A stretch of DNA of 64,000 nt from Mobula birostris (Eukaryota), in the NCBI RefSeq assembly GCF_030028105.1, contig NC_092375.1, forward strand, positions 26,883,130 to 26,947,129, in the 5' to 3' direction. This document shows, piece after piece, positions 12,392 to 26,376 of this stretch. The translations under genes and the position numbers were made by a program. Each line of letters opens with the position of its first letter. The first letter of the stretch is position 1. Under the pieces are notes generated by a model. That model had not been told where the DNA came from. It saw only the letters and a list, made by a program, of their open reading frames with translations, and did not search any database.

Positions 12392-14198
12392 CTGCAATGG
12401 GAAAAAAAAACAAGACTGTTTGCACAATGCATATGGAAAGATAACTTTTAAGAGAAATCTTTTGCAAGATGATTCTTTGAATTTATAGGTTACCAAAGTA
12501 AAACTATACATCATCGTATTAACTTTATGCACAAGCCTCCAGCTTCAATTTCAAAGAAATTGATATCAAAGGTAAAGTTCCTTATACCAAATGTACCATG
12601 GGTAGCCGCAAACTTCATATTTTTGTTTCTTATGGTGTTGACTAATATTCAAAACTCATTGTGACAATCCAACCATTTGGCAACTTTAATATAATGCAAC
12701 TTGTTAAATTTTAACACTGAGAAAAGTATTATATCACTAGTTCTGTTTAGCCATATAATTCAGAATAATTTGCAATATTACCAGAGATTTATGAAATGAC
12801 CTTAGCCTCAAAGCAAGAGACAGACATATTTAAGTAGGTCACTTGCTTTCCTCTGTCAGCTTTGATTATCAATATCAGAAAGGTTATCTACAGACAACAG
12901 AGATAACTGAGGTCATTTACAACTAATGCACAGATGAGAGGAGGTTTATTGAACAAAGGCAATGGAACGATAAGTGTTTTGCAATGGTTAAATAAATCCA
13001 TAGATTAGATGGTACTCCCAAACTATGAACAGATTAGACACATTAAATATACTAGAAATTAAAAAAGGAAATACACAAAATAATCAGCATCCTCCCCTTT
13101 CCACCATTGCGGATTTTAATTTGTTTTGTTTAAATTTTCAATTATTTATACTTGTACTTTGGATATTATCCCAAGGGGTTCAAGGATAGACCTACATAGC
13201 TTGGAGTATTTAAACTGTTTTTGAAGTAAGACCAAGATTTCAGCATGCCATTGGGTAGAAGATATTCATATTAAATACACCCACACATGGCGAAGAGCTC
13301 TGGATTGTAGAGGCAACATCAAATACTGGATCACTCAAAACTGCCACTATCTGTACCCTCATACAAAATGAATGGTTAACCAAACAGGTTTCAAAATCAA
13401 GTCGTTTCATCAGACATCAGACTTATATAATAGATTTTGCAGCATAATTTCAGAAAATTCTAAAGAATAACACAATTTCCAATCTTCACTCCATCAAAAG
13501 TTCCTCTTTGCTAAACCAGACTTATGAATTAATTATACATTACCCATCTTTAATACTTTTATTACACTAATTTTAACAACTAAATACATATACCCAAACT
13601 GCACAGGATAATATCAAATTACCTGCTTACATATCTATTAACATAAGGACAGTTGTGTTTTTTTGGTTTATAGGGATGGTTTTGGGAACAGCGTGGGAAG
13701 TTAGGGATCAGGTTAGAGTTTAGGGACAGGGATGAAGAGGATTTAGATGTCGGGGTAGAAAATGAAGAGTCCCGGAAGGATTTCAGAGTCCAAGTCGAAG
13801 CACTCCGCAGACAAATGTCAGAGATCCTAGAAGCCGTGTCACAGTCACTGAGGTCCCCCAGGTCAGAAACTGGTCCCAGATCGGGAGTCCATATTCAAGT
13901 CGGAGATCCGTGCAAGTCCAGAAGTCAAGGCCCGAAGGATAAACCTGTGATCAGTGAGTCCTGGGGTGAAGTCTGAAGACAGAGGCCCAATGTCTGCAAA
14001 TCTGAAAATCCAGGGACAAGGACCGGAGGTGGGTCTGCCTTGGGTTGGCAGCAGGTCTAGGTGTGTGAATGGGAGGGATGGGAAAGGGACTTGTTTTGTT
14101 GTTGTTGCTTCTGTCATTCTATAGAACACTGTGGGCCTGCTACGTGAGGCGACACTTGTAGCCTGCCCTTAGCACATCCGTGGATGTGCTGATTTTTA

Positions 14199-14504
<306 letters not shown>

Positions 14505-16237
14505 TTAACACTCCCTGAGCTCACAAGAATTAGCACAGCACACTCCCAGCCACTGATCCACAGCTCCTGTTCTGCCATCGCCCTAAAGGTTAACACGGTT
14601 CTGTTTATTACAGTAGGTTTGCACCTCTTTAGCTCACAACAGTACAGCAACATGGCTTTCGTTGTGCTTCCAGGAAATTTGCTGCTTGAGAGCAGTGCAT
14701 CAGTTCGCAGCCCAATACAGAAATATGAAATCACAGAAATAGGCATCATGTTTTCTACACAATTTGGGCCTTTTAAATTCTATTATAATCAATTTCATTG
14801 ACAAATAAAAAAGTCAAGTGTGAAAGAGATCATTACAACAGCAAAAATTACTGCATTCATGGTTAGAGTGAAGGTGGGGAGAACGTTTCCTATAGTAGGT
14901 GAGTTTAGGACTATAGGGCATCACCGAAAAAGAGAAGGACCTCGCTTTAGAACAGAGATGACTAGGAATATTTTTCTAGTGGTAAATCTATGGAATTCAT
15001 TGCCACAGGTTGCTGTGAAGGTCAAGTCATTGAGTATATTTAAGGAGGAGGTTGATAGGTTCTCAATTAGCAATGGGTGTCAAAGGTTACAGGGAGAAGG
15101 CAGGAGCATGGGGTTGAGAGGTATACTAAATCATTCATGGTGGAATGGTGGAGCAGACTCAATGGGCCAGATGGCCTAATTCTGCTCCTGTGCCTCATGG
15201 ATAACACTGTAAGACTTGAGTCTCATCCCACCTCTGCAAAAGCAAACATGATTAAATGTAGCCACATTTCAATGTAGCAGCCCATGAAATCAAAATATTG
15301 GATCTCAACGTTATAGCAAGAGTGGCACCAATTATAAATGGATCTTACTTACTAAAGCCCACTGTCAAACCTGACCTTTTAAAGTAGCTCGTGAGATAAA
15401 GCAACACATTGCAAAAATCAAAGTTTAAAAGAAAGGAATGATGTACTTAACATCTGCTGATACTTTGAAAGTAAACCGTTTCAATCAAACAAACTTCAAA
15501 AATATACTTCAAAATTTATTCTGTACAGATTGGATAGTTCTAGCCACTAACTATTGGATCACTGTGATATGAGAAGTCACAGACAATAGGGAACTCAGAT
15601 ATGTAATATGCTTCATGAGGGGAGAACTGCACAGACTGACCTCATGATCTACTCGTGCTTTCCAACCACTCAGATAATAGGCTCTTATTAACAAAATAGG
15701 CTCAGCCTCAGATTCTGTATATGGCCCAAGAATTTAATAAAGAAATTACAGATATATTAATTGTAAGACAAGTTTGGACAAGAAGACTATTTAGGCTGCC
15801 TTAATTCTCGCACCTTGAAGATCTTCCATGACTGTATCTTTATGTTTCCAGAGCATTTCCCTAGCCTCTAGCATTCCCATTTCTTGTTAGGAATCCTGAC
15901 ACTTCAGCAGAAAGAGTGCACCTTGACTCTCTCACCGTGAAACACGCCTTTTAAACCTATCTGTAAAATGGTTTCACACACACCTAATTAAAACTCAACT
16001 TCACTCGCCCAATCACTGAACTGTTACCACAATCAATGGTCTCATTTTCAAAGACTTTTCATCTCTTGTTCTCAATATTTATTGCCTATTTATTTATTAT
16101 TGTTATTACTTTTTTTCTTTCTTTTTGTATTTGGTTGTCTCCCCTGTTGGTGCAGTCTTTCAATGATTCTATTATGATTATTGGATTTATTGAGTATGCC
16201 CACAGGAAAATGAATCGCAGGGTTGTATACAGTAATA

Positions 16238-16743
16238 CAGACATCCCACCCGCAAAAACTCATTCAGGCACCATCAATTTGCAGAAGACCTCCGGAATTT
16301 CCAGGAGAGGTGGGATGTCTGCAATAGAGTAGCTCCTTAGCAGCTAGCCAGCTAGTTTAAATAACGTTAGCTATGCTAATGAATGAATGACACCTGTTAA
16401 ACTCACCTCAACGTGTCTTTTACAGTCTTAACCCACCATGGGCAATGGAAAAGGCACTGTTGCAAACAGTGTAGCGAGCAACACTGTCATTATTTTTGAC
16501 CCCTATTAGGCAGGGGTACACTTTAGTGTAGTCTGGGGTAACGTATGTTTTATATTTTCTTTTTTTGGAACACTCTACCATGGCGTGCGCGCGCTCTCTC
16601 CCTCGCACTTTCTGTTGCGCGCGCTCTCTCTCTTTCTCAAAAAAAATCGATTTCTAGGATATTGTATATAATTTGTGAGCATCAGGGAGCCACTATCAAT
16701 ATGCAGGAGACTCCTGGAACTTCCGGGAGAGGTGGGATGTCTG
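16238..16743. mobile_element. MITE with 13-bp TIRs (hAT-like) and a duplicated right end
   Basis: cagacatcccacc at the left end, ggtgggatgtctg at both ~16309-16321 and 16731-16743. Flanking gtaata repeat. It interrupts a LINE-tail repeat. Confidence 0.7.
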
Positions 16744-19700
16744 GTAATATATATGGACTTTAATAATAAATTTACTTTGAACTTTGCATCACATCTTTAC
16801 TGTTTGATATGGTAATCACTTTTACCTTTTGATTATGAAGACATTATGACATTATGCAGACATTTTTAGTGAGGAGAAAGAAAAATCAGTTGCTTGACAT
16901 CATGGAGATCTACAGGAACAAGCATGGAATGGAAAGTGACATTTTGACAGCTGCAGAGCATTGAAGAGTTACTACCTCTTTACCATGAATGTCTTGGTGG
17001 CAGGTCTACTACATGTGCCTTACAGGTGGTAGCTAGAGGACAGTGACTTATGGCAACCAAGACATCAGAGAAAAATGGACATGGAGGAGACGAAATGTAA
17101 TCTCTAGAGACCAGATCCCAAGGGTCAATGCTGCTATCTCCAGCCCTATGGGAGCAAAGCCACCAGAAGTCAAGGTTGTCCAAGTCATAGCTGGCAGAGA
17201 TCAATGGAGCTCGAGTCAACTATTCTATTTTCAGCAGGGGCAAATTCCCAATCCACTCTCTAAACTTCCCATTCCTTGTCTCGCTATCATGTAGGAGCAC
17301 GTTTGCAATCTAACACAGACCTTGACAATAGTCAAGGGCACAGAATGAAGTCTTGCACCAGTCTCCACGAGAAAGAGCAACGATAGGAATTCAGTGACCA
17401 CCCCTACACCTCAGCTACAAAATTTTGCTCCCGCCAGAAGGAAAATTCAAATCAAAACAGTGGACTGTCTGAGCGTTGCTCAAGAAAAAAACACTGCACA
17501 ATCTGATTGAAGAAGATCAACATGTACTTCCTATCTACTGCATGAAACTACCTGGTGTGTCAGTGCAGTCCATCATTTATCCCATATTTGCAATTAGGCC
17601 TCAAGTGTACTAGAAAGTCAAAGCCTTTTGATAACCAACTACCTTTGGAAGGAAAGGCCTCCATTAGGAGCAAATGTCAACTGAATGCCTGAGATACAAG
17701 ATGGTCTTAAGTCCTGCACTAAATACCTCTGATATATCTATCCTATACTAATGTTAACATGCCTACAGCAATCTCACATTGATTAAGTCATAATCTCAAA
17801 TCCCTGTTAAGCACAACCTGTGAAGGAAAGAGATATTCCAATGGGCGATTTTCTGTATTATGACCACATTGTAGCCACCTCCTTGAACCCACAATAATAG
17901 TTTATTAAAATCGCAAGTCAGAATGTCATTACCAATCTGTATAAATCAGCAGGTACAATGGTGTGCTGGTTAGGTTGCTAAACTAGTAGCCAAGAGATTT
18001 TAGTGATCGATACCTGGATAGTTGTTTGAGTCTTGCTATGGAACGTGGGGTATTTAAATTCAAATCATGAAATAAATCTGGAACTAAAGCTCATCCAGCA
18101 ATAGTAAACAGGATTGTCATGATTAAAAAAAAGTCCCATGTGATTCACTAACATCCTGCAGAGAATTAAATCTCTCATCCTCACTCACCCAGCCTAAACG
18201 TAGCGGAAGATTGTCCAAATGTAGTCCAAATTTAACTCATACTTAGCTCAGAGGCATTAGAGATGGAGTTTAAAAGCCAGCAACATGCTTTCCACGAATG
18301 CATATATAAAAGGAAAATTTAAAGGCAAGACCAGCTTAAGCATTTATAGTATATATATAGTCTCAGTGAATCTTTACTGAATACGTTGCAAGTTAGTGTG
18401 TTTGGCCTACTTAGTCTGAGCTGGGCAGATAACACAGCCACAGTGTTTGCCTGTAGGCAGGTAAGGGTGTAGATTGGGGGGGGGTATCAGCTCGATTTCT
18501 CTGTGTTACCCACTTTATACCTACTGGTTATAAGTGCAAAGTTACTGTCAAGAATGCCAGAAGCCAATTCTTTTTCCGCACTGCCAGCCCTCGCTCAGAC
18601 CTGTACACTCGATGGACCTGTAACATTACGTGATTGCCATCACTGATGAAACCAGTACCAAATTTTCAGTCTATACCTGGCTAGCCTTCAACTAACAATG
18701 AAGCTTCACCTTCAAACCAGGTCAAGATCTGAAAATTGACCAGAGTTTTCAGAATTTTTAGCCAACAGTAAGTACCATTACTATATTCCTTAAATGATCC
18801 CTTCAATCCCACTCCAAAACTCTCATCTGTGGATGAGTTTTATTTCCCACATTTACCTTCTGAATTACTCATTTTAATTCTTGCAATCTGTAATGCAAAG
18901 ATTATCTATAGAAATACATTATTTGTAAATTTTAAAGTATAAAATATTAATTATTTGCATTTACATAACAACTTGTGTAGCAAAATATTCAAAATCACTT
19001 TACTGGAACATTAGTAAAAATACAATGTGATATTGGACAAATGTTTAATTAGGAAGATAATTTTAATGGGTAAAAACTGTTTACATAGTGACTTTCACAA
19101 CTTAGGGCCTAGGTAGTTAGACTCAGCCACCAGTGTAGGAATGAGGGAAATCGGAGAAGCACTGGAACTGAAAACTGGAGGAATGGAATGGGGCTAGATG
19201 TATTTAGAGAGCTAGAAATGGGAGGTCATAGAAGGGCACACTCATATGAAACTTATATCAATATATTTTGGGAGCATATGTAAAATGTGATTTTATGCAT
19301 TTATCATAAATAAAGATGCCAGAATATTTGATTTCACTCAGGGTAAAGTTGCTTTGTCTATCCTAGTGAGAATGAGAACCACTGTGGAATTTTTGGGTAA
19401 CATATGTTGAATACATTTTGAGAATATCAGCATAATTTTTTTTATGGAAACTGTAGTTGTTGCATTTTTGCAAATTGAATTTTATTTCAAAAAAAACAAT
19501 AGATGTTTATAATACCATTTTTTAAAAAAAGTTATGAGATAAACTCTACCCCTGGTCTTGCTCACAGCAAGACAATAGGTAGCCTTGGTTTAAATAAAAA
19601 CAGAAAAGGCTGGAAACACACAACAGGCCAGGAAGTAACTGTGGAAAGAGTTAACACTCAAAGTGCCTGATTCTTCCTCCTCTTAGAAGCATTAAGAACT

Positions 19701-20297
19701 CCGTTTCTCCATTTACAAATACTGCTGACCCGTCCAGTTTTCCCCAGCATTTTCTTGTTTTGGTTCAGAAGTTCAGCATCTGCATTTTTCCCCATTTTCA
19801 ATCACTAGTCACCCGAGTGAAATAAAATATCGATTCCTTTTCAAAGACAACCTGGGGGGCTCTTTTTTTCCCGCCTGAGGTGAATTTCATATCTTAATTG
19901 CCGAATTTTGTTTTACGACCACTTTGAACATTTTTACTCGCATCATAGTGAGCAGAAACGCCAAACAAAAAATAAGCAGAATCAGATTTCACAATCACCA
20001 TATCACTAAAGTTGAAAACGTTTTAAGTCATCACAATCTCCTTGATAATTGTCATTTCTGGTAACAATTACTGAATCCACGCTGCAACATTCCCATTGCT
20101 TTCACTACTAAAAAATATCCAGACGAGGCCACTGTTATATTACTATTTGAAAAAAAAGTCAGGTGATAACTATTATCTAAATGCAGCACATGGTAGTTCT
20201 CTTACAGACTATACTATCGCTTACAATTCAAATCGATGAACGATGAGGGGGAAAATGCATTAAGACAATTTAAAGTAATAGAAGTCTGTAACCTCAC

Positions 20298-20560
20298 CTA
20301 CAGATCTCTGAAACCCAGCCACAAACACGTGCTGCACCAGGAACCCGGGCGAATAAAGGCACCTCTTCACGTTCAAATGGCGCTGCAAGGCTTTGCTGGC
20401 GAGGGCGGCGAAGTTACCCAAAGTGTCTGACGCTGCAGCCAATCACAAATACTTGAATCTAAAAGTCTGTACAGTACTGTTCTGTGTCAGCAGCAGTAAC
20501 TCGGCTGAGTGGTAGGAGATCTTGGGGTTAAGTGAAATAACTAAAATGGGGCGGAGTTTT
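20298..20560 (-). promoter_or_regulatory. Probable GART promoter and non-coding exon 1
   Basis: CpG-richer patch with a minus-strand donor gtag|GTGAGG at 20297, E-box CACGTG at 20326-20331, YY1-like aaatggcg at ~20376, CCAAT box (agccaatca) at ~20437 and GC box ggggcggagt at ~20547. The TSS is inferred. Confidence 0.65.
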
Positions 20561-20879
20561 CAGCCATTGATATTTAAAATATAAATTTGACTTTTTTTTG
20601 ATAAACAAGTTGTGAATGGAAGTAGTTGCTATTTTTATTTGTTTTGCGAACAAAGGACGGAGCTCAGGCCCAGCTAGAATCACAGATTTGTTCTGGATAT
20701 ATTAAAGGGCCTTGTTGATCCTAAAATCAGGGCCTTGAGTTTCGGGTCTCCATTTCGCCTTTCCGTTCTCTGTTCAAGCTCTCACCACTCCTAATGATAG
20801 GTTGTTCATCGCCAAACTTAACGGATTCACTATTGGTGATTTAAATTGCCAAGGTTTCAGCAGTCCCTCCCTAAATATC

Positions 20880-20915
20880 TCTCCTGAAGAAGGGTTTCGG
20901 CCCGAAACGTCGACT
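20880..20915 (+). ncRNA. Minimal hammerhead ribozyme motif (PLE-derived)
   Basis: ctgaaga-agggtttcggccc-gaaac-gtc-gact. The core is intact but the 5' strand of helix I is imperfect. Confidence 0.55.
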
Positions 20916-21709
20916 GATTACGGATTTATTTATGCTCTCTCGCTCTCTCTCTCTCATCTTTATTAACACACACGAAATGCTTGAGGAACTCATCAAGTCA
21001 CTTCATCAGAAACTGCTGTAAACACAAAATACTCTGCAGATGCTGGGAGGTGTCCTGACGAAGGATGCTGCCTGACCTGCTGAGTTCCTCCAGCGTGTTG
21101 ATCAGAACCTGATGAATGGCTAGGGGCCAAAACATCGACTTTTTATGTCTGAGTTCCCACAGAAATGTGTGTCTCTCTTCCTCTACTTTCACAATGTTGC
21201 TTAAGCTCTTTGGTCATTTCCCCATTATTGATGTTAATTCTGCTATGAATGTGTAAGGTATGTTTGAAATTGTTGAAATGTTATTGTTGGATCATAATTA
21301 AAGACCCCACTGACCCCAGGCTTTCTCTCCTGTTCTTCTCCCATCAAGCAGAAGATACAACAGACCGAAAGCTAATAGCACAAGGTTTAAGGACATTCTA
21401 ACCCACTCTTTCAGAGTCTTGCACGGACCTCTTCTGTGATAAAATGGACCCTTGTCCTTATAATCGATCTTGTTAATATCTTCCACTTTATTGTTAAACT
21501 CCACTGGAGCTTCTACACTTTACTCTGCATTGTTATTGTTTTACCTTATTCTACTTCAATACACCTTGTGATTATTTGATCTGTATAAGGAGTATGCAAG
21601 ACAGGTTTTTCACTGTATTTGGTACATATGACACTAATAAACCAATGCCACCGCCCATTACCAACAAAAGAAAGTCTAACAATGATCAACACTCACAAAA
21701 TGCTGGAAC

Positions 21710-22970
21710 TCAAAAGTTCAAGTAAAATGTATTATCAGATTACGTGCATGTCACTGCGTACAAGCCTGAGATCCTTTTTTTTTTCTTCTGCGGACATACT
21801 TAGCAAATCTATAGAACAATAACTAAACAGGATCAATAAACAACAATCTGTGTAAATGCAAATATAAATAAATAACGAGAGCATGAAGCAACAAGATAAA
21901 GAGTCCTTGAAGTGATCCCAACGCTTGTGGGAACACCAGAGATAGAATGAGTGTAGTTATCCCCTTTTGTTGAAGAGCCTGATGGTTGAGGGGTAGTCAC
22001 TCTTCTTGAACCTGGTAGTGCAAGTCCTGGGGCACCTGTACCTTCTACCTGATGGCAGCAATGAGAAAAGAGCATGGGCTGAGTAGTGAGAATCCTTGAT
22101 GGATGCTGCTTTTCTATGGCAACGTTTCATGTCGGTGTGCTCAGTGGTTGGGAGGCCTTTACCAATGTACTGGGCTGAAACCACTACTTTTTGTGGGATT
22201 TTCCTCTCAATAGCATTGCTGTTTCCATACCAGGCTGTAATGCAGCCAGTCAGTACATTTTCCACCACATGCCTATAGAAGTTTGCCAAGGTTTTTGATG
22301 ACATGCAGAATCTCTGCAGGCTCCTGAAGAAATAAAGGTGCTGTCATGCTTTCTTTGCAAGTACATTTATATGATGGGTCCAGGATAGGTCCTCTGAGAT
22401 AGTGACACCTAGGAATTTGAAGTTACTGACCATCTCCACCTCTGATCCTCCGATGACTACTGGCTCCTGAACCTCTGGTTTCCCTCTCCTGAAGTCTGCA
22501 TCAGTTCCTTGGTCTTATTGACATTGAGTGAAAGGTTGTTGTTATTACACCATTCAGCCAGGTTTTCAATCTCCCTCCTGTATGCTGATTCATCACCATC
22601 TTTGTTGTGGCCCACAACAGTGGTGTCATCAGCAAATTTGTATATAGTGTTGGAGCTGTATTTAGCCACGCAGTCATGGGTGTAAAGCGAGTAGAGCAGG
22701 GGGCTAAGCACACACCCTGTGGTAGTCCTGTACTGATGGAGATTGTGGAGGAGATGGTTTTGCCAATCAGAACAGACTGGGGTCTGCAAGTGAGGAACTC
22801 CAGGATCAAATTGAGGCCCAGGTCTTGGAGTTTGCTGATTAGTTTTGTGGGGATGATGGTATTAAATGCTGAACTGTAATCAATAAAGAACATCCTGTTG
22901 TTTGCTGTCCAGATGTTCCAGGGTTGTGTGAAGAGCCAATGAGATGGCATCTGCGGTGGACCTGTTGCTG
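21710..22970 (-). mobile_element. Rex1/Babar LINE, 5'-truncated RT fragment
   Basis: [39 protein letters not shown] and LNVNKTKEL motifs with frameshifts. Confidence 0.9.
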
Positions 22971-23587
22971 TGAACTCAGCAGGTCAGACAGCATCTATGG
23001 AAATGAATAAACAGTCGACATTACAGGCCGATCTGCTTCAAGACTGTAAAGGAAGGGAGAAGATGCTAGAATAAAAAAAGGTGGGGTAGAGGAAATGGGG
23101 CTAGCTGGAAGGTGAAATGTTACTATTTCCAAATCCTCTGCCTTCAACCAGAATAAGGATTGTTGGCTGGTACTCTATGGTGGCAATGTCATAAATTCAG
23201 TTGGACCAGCTGCATAAGTACTGGTTAAAAGTGTAAGTCAGGTTCTGGTTACCATGTGGTGACTGCCTCTCCCCTTCACAAAGCCTATTGGTTATCGGTT
23301 ATCCAGTCATCATTAGGACACAGGCCAGAAATACAATGGAATGCAATTGCTTCTTTGAATATTGTTCCATCTTCACTCAAATTTGATGCTATCCAGCACA
23401 AAGCAATCTACTTAATTTGCACCCCATTCACTGTCCTAAACTCCATGGCCAGCCACTGGGTGAAAAGGTGTAGTATTGATAAAGATCACCACAGCTACTT
23501 GCCCAGGCTATTCTGGCAGCATCTTCTAAACCATCATCTCTGCAAGCGAGAAGGTCAAGAGCTTTAATAAATCTCCTGTTGTTCCTC

Positions 23588-23775
23588 ACAAACAAGAGAA
23601 AATCTGCAGATGCTGGAAATCCACAGAGAATGCTGGAGGAACTCAGCAGGTCAGGTAGCATCTATAGAAAAGAGTGCAGTTGATGTTTCGGGCTGACACC
23701 CTTCATCAGGACTGCCCTTTATAGATGCTGCCTGTCCTGCTGAGTTCCTCCAGCATTTTGTGTGTGTTGTTTGTG
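23588..23775. mobile_element. Fold-back PLE 3'-end insertion with hammerhead motif on the minus strand (23678-23713)
   Basis: Inverted arms. TSD tcctgttgttcctc at 23574-23587 and 23776-23789. Confidence 0.85.
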
Positions 23776-24899
23776 TCCTGTTGTTCCTCGCTAAGTTACA
23801 CACCATCCTGCCGTGGAAATGTATCATTGTGGAGTAGCACACAAGATGCTGGAGCCACTCGGTATTCCTTCACTGTCCATAAGACATAGGAACAGAATTC
23901 TGCCATTCAGCCCATCGTGTCAGCTCTGCAATTCCATTATGGCTGATCCTGGATCCCACTCAACCCCATACACCTGCCTTCTCGCCATATCCTTTGATGC
24001 CCTGACCAATCAGGAAATGACCACCCGCCGCCTCAAATATATGCATGGACTAGGCCTCCGCTGCAGTCTGTGGCAGTACTCTGCAGATTTACTACTCTCT
24101 GCCTTAAAAAAAACCTCCTTACCTCTGTTCTAAAGGGTCACCCCTCAATTTTGAGGCTGTGCCCTCTAGTTCTGGATAGGAAATATCCTTTCCAAATCCA
24201 CCCTACCTTGTCATTAGTACTAAGTTCTGAAACTCTCAAACCCAAAACTATTTTGGGAGTACCATGACCAAAAGTACTGTAATAAACATCTGCCTTGCCA
24301 TTGATACCCAATAGCCTCACTCCAGAAATAAACTCAAAACTTTTGGGGAAAGGAGGCAGCGTGATACAAATTAGACAGCTCTTTCTAAAAGTTAGCATTA
24401 AGCATGGTGAATCAAATAAGCATCCACCCCTCCCCCACGCCCCGTGCTACATGATTGTCATATTTGATTTTAAGGGCACTTGTTACATATTCTCTTACAT
24501 TTGGAAGTTCTCTACGGCCCGACGTTCAAGTCCGATCTCTCCTACTAAGTGTCAAATCTTTTCAAACCAGATTGCACTGCAGTACATTGGAAATCATCGT
24601 TTTGGTATTGAGTCTCGCCTCTTTCAGGGGAAAAATATTTTGGTACTATTTGAAGTGTTTTATGGTGCAAATTGCAAATCTATTTGTTTTTTCTGTGGCA
24701 AATTTTATTCAAGATTTTGTATTGTTACTCGTCAATGCACCTGTAAAGGAGAACGAAATGATTGTTACTCCGTATTAGTGTACATATAATAATTCTTTTC
24801 GTCCAATACTAAGCGAGAATTTGCGGCCTAACGTTTGACAAAAGGATTTTAAAATTAAATGCTGTAATTCCATTCTGGAATGCTGCAAAGTTTGAAAAT

Positions 24900-25065
24900 T
24901 TGTCGGGCGCACCGCACTGCCATCCACAGGAGTGCGCTATGCCGTGAAGTTTTGAGAAATGTTTGTTGGAACTACAGCTCCCAGGAGCCAATTTAAACAC
25001 AAACCCATTGCTTCCGTCTCTGATGACCTCTCGGCCTGTGGTTTCCGGTCGCAGTTTCCTTCTGG
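24900..25065 (+). promoter_or_regulatory. Probable DNAJC28 promoter and short non-coding exon
   Basis: ACTACAgcTCCCAG at 24971-24984 (ZNF143/THAP11-type motif), ETS-like ttccgg, local CpG enrichment, a possible donor near 25065 and a possible acceptor near 25271. Confidence 0.55.
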
Positions 25066-25290
25066 TAATATATTGTCCCGAATACTTTAATTTTGGTGAT
25101 GAGGGCAGAAGGAATCCAACAGCTTAAAAAAAATGCACGTAAAGGCAAGTTGATTCACCCCCTTTGCCAGATGTAACGCTGTTGCTCAGAAAATGGGATT
25201 TTTTTAATACCAAAGGTTTTATTAAAACGTGCATCAAGTGATTCTGTCAGTGATTGTGTTTCCCATCGAAGGCGTCACTCCAGGGAGAAC

Positions 25291-26376
25291 ATGTTAACAG
25301 CAAAGACAAACTGGGTGATGACTTGCCTTCGCGGTGCTCGGATGCTCTCGGGTCACCGAACAATGAGCAAACACCTCCAAGATTGTTACAGATTGCTTAA
25401 TGTACCGGAAAACTGCAACCACGATGAAGCGAAGGAAGCCTATGTCAAACTTGCCAAATTATATCATCCAGATAGTGGCTCTGACGGCGCTGATCCTCAA
25501 AAGTTCATGCAAGTCGAAGAAGCCTACAAAGCTATTGTCAAGCATTTAGCAGAGAAAGGAAAGGCAGGGTCTGATCAAAGAATGGATGAAGAAGAAGAAC
25601 AATCCAAGTACCTGGCACCTCAGCACAGACAGTATCTGAGCTTTGAAGGCATTGGTACTGGTACACCTAGTCAAAGAGAGAAGCAGTATGGGAAGTTCAG
25701 AGTCAGTCGTGCAAATGATCAAGTGTTGGATTACAGAAAACAGAAACTACAAGCGCAGGATCTGGAAAATACTATGATGGTGATGGATATCCAGCATGGC
25801 AAGAAAACAAAAATAACCCAAGCAGTGGAACGGTTGGTGGAAGATCTCATCCAGGAGTCAATGGCCAAAGGTGACTTTGATAACCTTAGTGGTAAAGGGA
25901 AACCACTGCAGAAGTTTGCACAATATCCATACATCGATCCCATGACACACAATCTGAACAGGATTCTCATAGAAAATGGGTATCAACCAGAGTGGATTGC
26001 TTTGCGTAAAGAAATAAAGCAAACTATAGAGAAACTCAGAAGTGACATGATGAGTTACAGGAAAAAGCTTGGTGAGCCCCTGACTGTCCATACTCAGAAA
26101 CATTGGAACCTAATCTGTGAGCAATTCAGAAATGATATTAAGCAACTTAATAAAACGATAGATAGATTCAATTTGATTGTACCTCTACTGAACAGACAGA
26201 TGCTGCACTTTAACCCAGATAAGGAGATTGCTGTCATATTGAAAAACTATGATATGTTAACGGAGGCAAACAAAGCCACGTCAGAGATTATTGGAAAATC
26301 AACTGAGGAAAATAGTACAAAAAACACCTTACTGAATTGGATCAAACATTTGCTGAAATATGATCAGAGGAAGTAG
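25291..26376 (+). CDS. DNAJC28: DnaJ homolog subfamily C member 28
   Basis: Uninterrupted 361-aa ORF. J-domain with HPD (YRLLNV...LAKLYHPDSG...FMQVEEAY) followed by a DUF1992-type motif (VEDLIQESMAKGDFDNLSGKGKPL). It sits between GART and TMEM50B, as in other vertebrates. Confidence 0.96.
   Translation: MLTAKTNWVMTCLRGARMLSGHRTMSKHLQDCYRLLNVPENCNHDEAKEAYVKLAKLYHPDSGSDGADPQKFMQVEEAYKAIVKHLAEKGKAGSDQRMDEEEEQSKYLAPQHRQYLSFEGIGTGTPSQREKQYGKFRVSRANDQVLDYRKQKLQAQDLENTMMVMDIQHGKKTKITQAVERLVEDLIQESMAKGDFDNLSGKGKPLQKFAQYPYIDPMTHNLNRILIENGYQPEWIALRKEIKQTIEKLRSDMMSYRKKLGEPLTVHTQKHWNLICEQFRNDIKQLNKTIDRFNLIVPLLNRQMLHFNPDKEIAVILKNYDMLTEANKATSEIIGKSTEENSTKNTLLNWIKHLLKYDQRK

Noticed and set aside
24295-24789. 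164-aa ORF upstream of DNAJC28
   Set aside because: No recognisable motif, a non-ATG start, and AT-rich composition typical of a chance ORF.
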